Source of the DNA: Moraxella nasovis
GTDB taxonomy: Bacteria > Pseudomonadota > Gammaproteobacteria > Pseudomonadales > Moraxellaceae
Length of the DNA: 32,000 nt
Assembly (NCBI RefSeq): GCF_022701215.1
Contig: NZ_CP089976.1
Span: forward strand, 450,001-482,000
Direction of reading: 5' to 3'
A program made the translations under genes and the position numbers. The notes below the pieces were generated by a model that was not told where the DNA came from, ran no database searches, and worked only from the letters and a program-made list of their open reading frames with translations. Of the stretch, positions 29,235 to 32,000 are shown piece by piece; position 1 is the stretch's first letter, and each line of letters begins with the position of its first letter.

Positions 29235-30188
29235 TTACTGGTTTAATAAATTTTCAATAAACACAATAAAATCTGTGGCAATCTGCGTCCCATAGGCAGT
29301 GTCAATCTCACGCACACAAGTTGGCGACGTTACGTTAATTTCGGTGATTTTAGCACCAATCAAATCCAAACCGACAAAATACAAGCCCTTTTCAAGCAAA
29401 ACAGGTGCAACTTCTTGGGCAACTTTTAATTCATCAGCCGTCAAAGGCATGGCAACGCCAAGACCGCCTGCCGCCAAATTACCCCGAGTCTCGCCACCTT
29501 GTGGAATGCGTGCCAAACAATAAGGCACAACCTGGCCACCAACAATAAGCACCCGCTTATCGCCATCTTTGATTTGGGGTAGGTATTTTTGAGCCATAAT
29601 CGGTAAAGTCTGCATTTGGGTGAGTATTTCAAGCGTTGAGCCAATATTTGGGCTGTCTGCCGTCAATCTAAAAATCCCCATGCCACCCATGCCATCAAGC
29701 GGTTTGACAATCACATCTTGATGCTCATCAATAAACGTGCGAATGTGCGACTGCTTAGCGGTTACGATGGTTGGACTCATGTGCTGACTAAACTGTGTTG
29801 CAAACAATTTTTCGTTGCACGCACGCACCGAATTTGGGTCATTAACAACCAACACACCTGCACGCTTAGCATAATCTAACAAATGCAGTGCATACAAAAA
29901 CTGCATATCAAAAGGTGGGTCTTTACGCATCAAAATGACATCAAAATCAGTCGCTTGAACGCTGACTTTCTCGCCCAATTCATAAAAATGATTGGGATTT
30001 TTAAAGACGCTAAGTGCCCAAGCATCAATCATCAGCCTACCACGATCAAGCCAAAGGTCATCAATATTACAATAAAACAGGCGATGATGACGCTCATCAA
30101 TCGCCCACATCATGGCAAGCGTTGAGTCTTTTTTGTAGTTGATTGTGGAAATGTCGTCCATGACGATAAGAAAATTCAGTGCTTTCAT
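29235..30188 (-). CDS. gshB: Glutathione synthetase (prokaryotic ATP-grasp type)
   Basis: 317 aa. MRKDPPFD, VVNDPNSVRACNEKLF, KPLDGMGG, and the ATP-grasp C-terminus EINVTSPT. Confidence 0.93.
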   Translation of the reverse strand: MKALNFLIVMDDISTINYKKDSTLAMMWAIDERHHRLFYCNIDDLWLDRGRLMIDAWALSVFKNPNHFYELGEKVSVQATDFDVILMRKDPPFDMQFLYALHLLDYAKRAGVLVVNDPNSVRACNEKLFATQFSQHMSPTIVTAKQSHIRTFIDEHQDVIVKPLDGMGGMGIFRLTADSPNIGSTLEILTQMQTLPIMAQKYLPQIKDGDKRVLIVGGQVVPYCLARIPQGGETRGNLAAGGLGVAMPLTADELKVAQEVAPVLLEKGLYFVGLDLIGAKITEINVTSPTCVREIDTAYGTQIATDFIVFIENLLNQ

Positions 30189-30191
30189 ACA

Positions 30192-30854
30192 TTACACCCC
30201 ATACTGCTTGCGATACGCCATCATTTTGGTCAAATACTCATCACCATCTTGATTGCCCAAAAAATCAATAATATCATCAATATCAATCAAGCTATGCACG
30301 CTCACACCAAAATCATCTTTGATTTGACAGACGGCACTGCGGTCATCTTGCCCTTTTTCTTTGCGGTCAAGTGCAATCACTATCCCTGCCAAGCTTGCCC
30401 CAGCACCTTGCAAAATCTCCACCACTTCACGCACGGCGGTCCCTGCTGTCATCACATCATCAATCACCCATACCGACTTACCTGACAAATCCGCCCCCAC
30501 AAGACTGCCACCTTCGCCATGCGTTTTGGCTTCTTTGCGGTTATAACCCCACGCCACATCAATGCCATGAGCCTGCCACAAGGTCTGGGCGGTGGTTGCC
30601 ACAAAAGGAATGCCTTTATACGCCGCTCCAAAAATGGTCGGATTATCCTTATCTTTCAATTGACTGGCAAGCACATCAGCATAACCACAAGACAGCATAT
30701 CCAAGGCTTGTCCGCTCGCCAATAGCCCTGCATTAAAAAAGTAGGGGCTGACTCGTCCAGATTTTAGGGTAAACTCACCAAATTTTAGGACACCACAATC
30801 AAGCAGTAGTTGAATAAAGGCTTGTTTATCAAATGCGTGTGTTTGTATATTCAT
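30192..30854 (-). CDS. pyrE: Orotate phosphoribosyltransferase
   Basis: 220 aa. FGEFTLKSGR.SPYFFN and the PRPP motif VWVIDDVMTAGTA. Confidence 0.95.
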   Translation of the reverse strand: MNIQTHAFDKQAFIQLLLDCGVLKFGEFTLKSGRVSPYFFNAGLLASGQALDMLSCGYADVLASQLKDKDNPTIFGAAYKGIPFVATTAQTLWQAHGIDVAWGYNRKEAKTHGEGGSLVGADLSGKSVWVIDDVMTAGTAVREVVEILQGAGASLAGIVIALDRKEKGQDDRSAVCQIKDDFGVSVHSLIDIDDIIDFLGNQDGDEYLTKMMAYRKQYGV

Positions 30855-30884
30855 GTATTACTCCAAAAAAATATAGTGTTTATT

Positions 30885-31622
30885 TTACACGGTTCTGGGG
30901 TAAATTTCTTGGGAATTTACTGCAGTAAATTTTTGCTCAATCAAACTGTGGCTATCCACCAAAAACCGTCCCCACTCATCATCTTGGCACACTTGCACAT
31001 AAGACCCTGTTTCCAACGCCTTTGGCACATCAAGCCCACCTAAAAGACTATCATCACCATGATGATTAAGTTTTGGTAAATCGCCCAAATACCCTGCCAC
31101 ATCATCAAGCGTTAAAAACTTACCATGCAAATCAAACCCTACATTTAAAATCCGCCCAGCCACATCTGCCATGCGGTCATGAATATGCCCATGCAAATGA
31201 TAATAACCCTTATGACAGCCATCCCACTCATTAATCGGATAATGAAACAAAATCAATGTCTTATCAGCGATTTTTAGTTTTAAATACGCTTGGGCGGACG
31301 AAAGCATTGGGTGTCCGTCTAACTTTTTGGCGGTCAACAATTTATCCAAATGCGTGGCAATCACGTCATCATGATTACCAAAAATCAAATGATGTTGCCC
31401 ATTTAGTCGCTCAAGTACTGTTTTAATACGACACAAGTCATAAGAAAAACTCAAATCACCCAAATTATAGACCACATCATTAACACCCACCGTGTCATTC
31501 CATAGCTCAATCATATACTCATCAAGCACATCAATCGTGCCTTGTGGGCGAGTATGTGGGCAAAATTTAGCAATATTTTTATGCGAAAAATGTAAATCAG
31601 AAGTGAAAAATATTTTGCTCAT
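30885..31622 (-). CDS. Calcineurin-like metallophosphoesterase with a ~70-aa C-terminal extension of unknown function
   Basis: Motifs FFTSDLHFSH, LGDLS, FGNHD and HLHGHIH. The WN..V...D.VY.LGD layout resembles small phage/AQ1575-type phosphoesterases, from memory. Confidence 0.8.
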   Translation of the reverse strand: MSKIFFTSDLHFSHKNIAKFCPHTRPQGTIDVLDEYMIELWNDTVGVNDVVYNLGDLSFSYDLCRIKTVLERLNGQHHLIFGNHDDVIATHLDKLLTAKKLDGHPMLSSAQAYLKLKIADKTLILFHYPINEWDGCHKGYYHLHGHIHDRMADVAGRILNVGFDLHGKFLTLDDVAGYLGDLPKLNHHGDDSLLGGLDVPKALETGSYVQVCQDDEWGRFLVDSHSLIEQKFTAVNSQEIYPRTV

Positions 31623-31624
31623 TT

Positions 31625-32000
31625 TTAATCCAACTTTTCCAAAAACCCTTGAATAAACGCAATTTTATCCAACTCATTCATTTGGTTAAACATCTGTTTG
31701 TTTGCCTTAATATAATCCACAAGCGGATAATATTCTTCATCAAATTCTTGTTTATTTAATTGGGTGGTGTTTAATTTATGGCTTAAATTTTTATCGGTAC
31801 TTCTACCCAAAAACTTTGAAATCAAATAATACGGCGATTTTAATTTAAACAATAATCGCCAATGCTCATCAAACACCATAAACCCTTCGTGCTTGACCAT
31901 TTTTAATAACGCCTTTAATTCACCAAAAGGAATTTTTTCAATGGCTTGTGGACGTTTTAAGCCAAATTTTTTGCCAATTTCGTCCAATGTTTTTTCATCA
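31625..32000 (-). CDS. C-terminal part of a larger protein truncated by the window edge, possibly a nucleotidyltransferase-type (RNA) ligase
   Basis: The frame is open to nt 32000, and the TTG at 31987 in the ORF track is internal. KHEGFMVFDE followed 8 residues later by LFKLKSPYY resembles ligase motifs IV (EGhhh) and V (hhKhK). Very AT-rich. The stop lies 2 nt from the phosphoesterase ATG. Confidence 0.4.
   Translation of the reverse strand, partial: DEKTLDEIGKKFGLKRPQAIEKIPFGELKALLKMVKHEGFMVFDEHWRLLFKLKSPYYLISKFLGRSTDKNLSHKLNTTQLNKQEFDEEYYPLVDYIKANKQMFNQMNELDKIAFIQGFLEKLD

Noticed and set aside
30249-30736. Several plus-strand ORFs (61-121 aa) inside pyrE
   Set aside because: They lie antisense to a canonical PyrE CDS. 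P/H/S-rich translations like these are typical of antisense frames. The same reasoning applies to the antisense ORFs inside maeB, spoT, priA, ftsZ, ftsA, ddl, murC, murG and gshB.

Overview
This window looks like core chromosome from a gammaproteobacterium of roughly 40-45% G+C. Gene content and protein sequences suggest Moraxellaceae (Moraxella- or Psychrobacter-like), but that is inference only, since no database search was possible. All product calls come from reading the supplied translations for family motifs.

Plus-strand block (1-18.9 kb): hemB, maeB, cca, a pteridine-reductase-like SDR, an APC-family permease, queE, rpoZ-spoT, a small unknown ORF, ridA, priA, trmB and recA-recX. One minus-strand membrane gene sits between priA and trmB.

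Minus-strand block (18.9-32 kb): a TrpH/YciV-type PHP phosphoesterase, then the distal dcw cluster in the order ftsZ, ftsA, ftsQ, ddl, murC, [insertion], murG by increasing coordinate. After that come a glycosyltransferase remnant, gshB, pyrE, a metallophosphoesterase and a ligase-like ORF cut by the window edge.

No rRNA, tRNA, CRISPR array or IS element was recognised.

Main points of interest:
1. An AT-rich ~1.6 kb four-gene insertion lies exactly between murG and murC. It holds a decayed HI1419/HI1420-type toxin-antitoxin pair, a RimL-like GNAT and a small DUF3427-like protein, and is bracketed by a short imperfect direct repeat.
2. A dense DnaA-box cluster sits in the AT-rich trmB-recA spacer.
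3. A metallophosphoesterase and an RNA-ligase-like gene are packed directly upstream of pyrE-gshB.
4. A DUF2628 membrane domain is fused to a pilin-like C-terminal domain.
5. An extra 9-bp repeat unit lies in PriA helicase motif VI.
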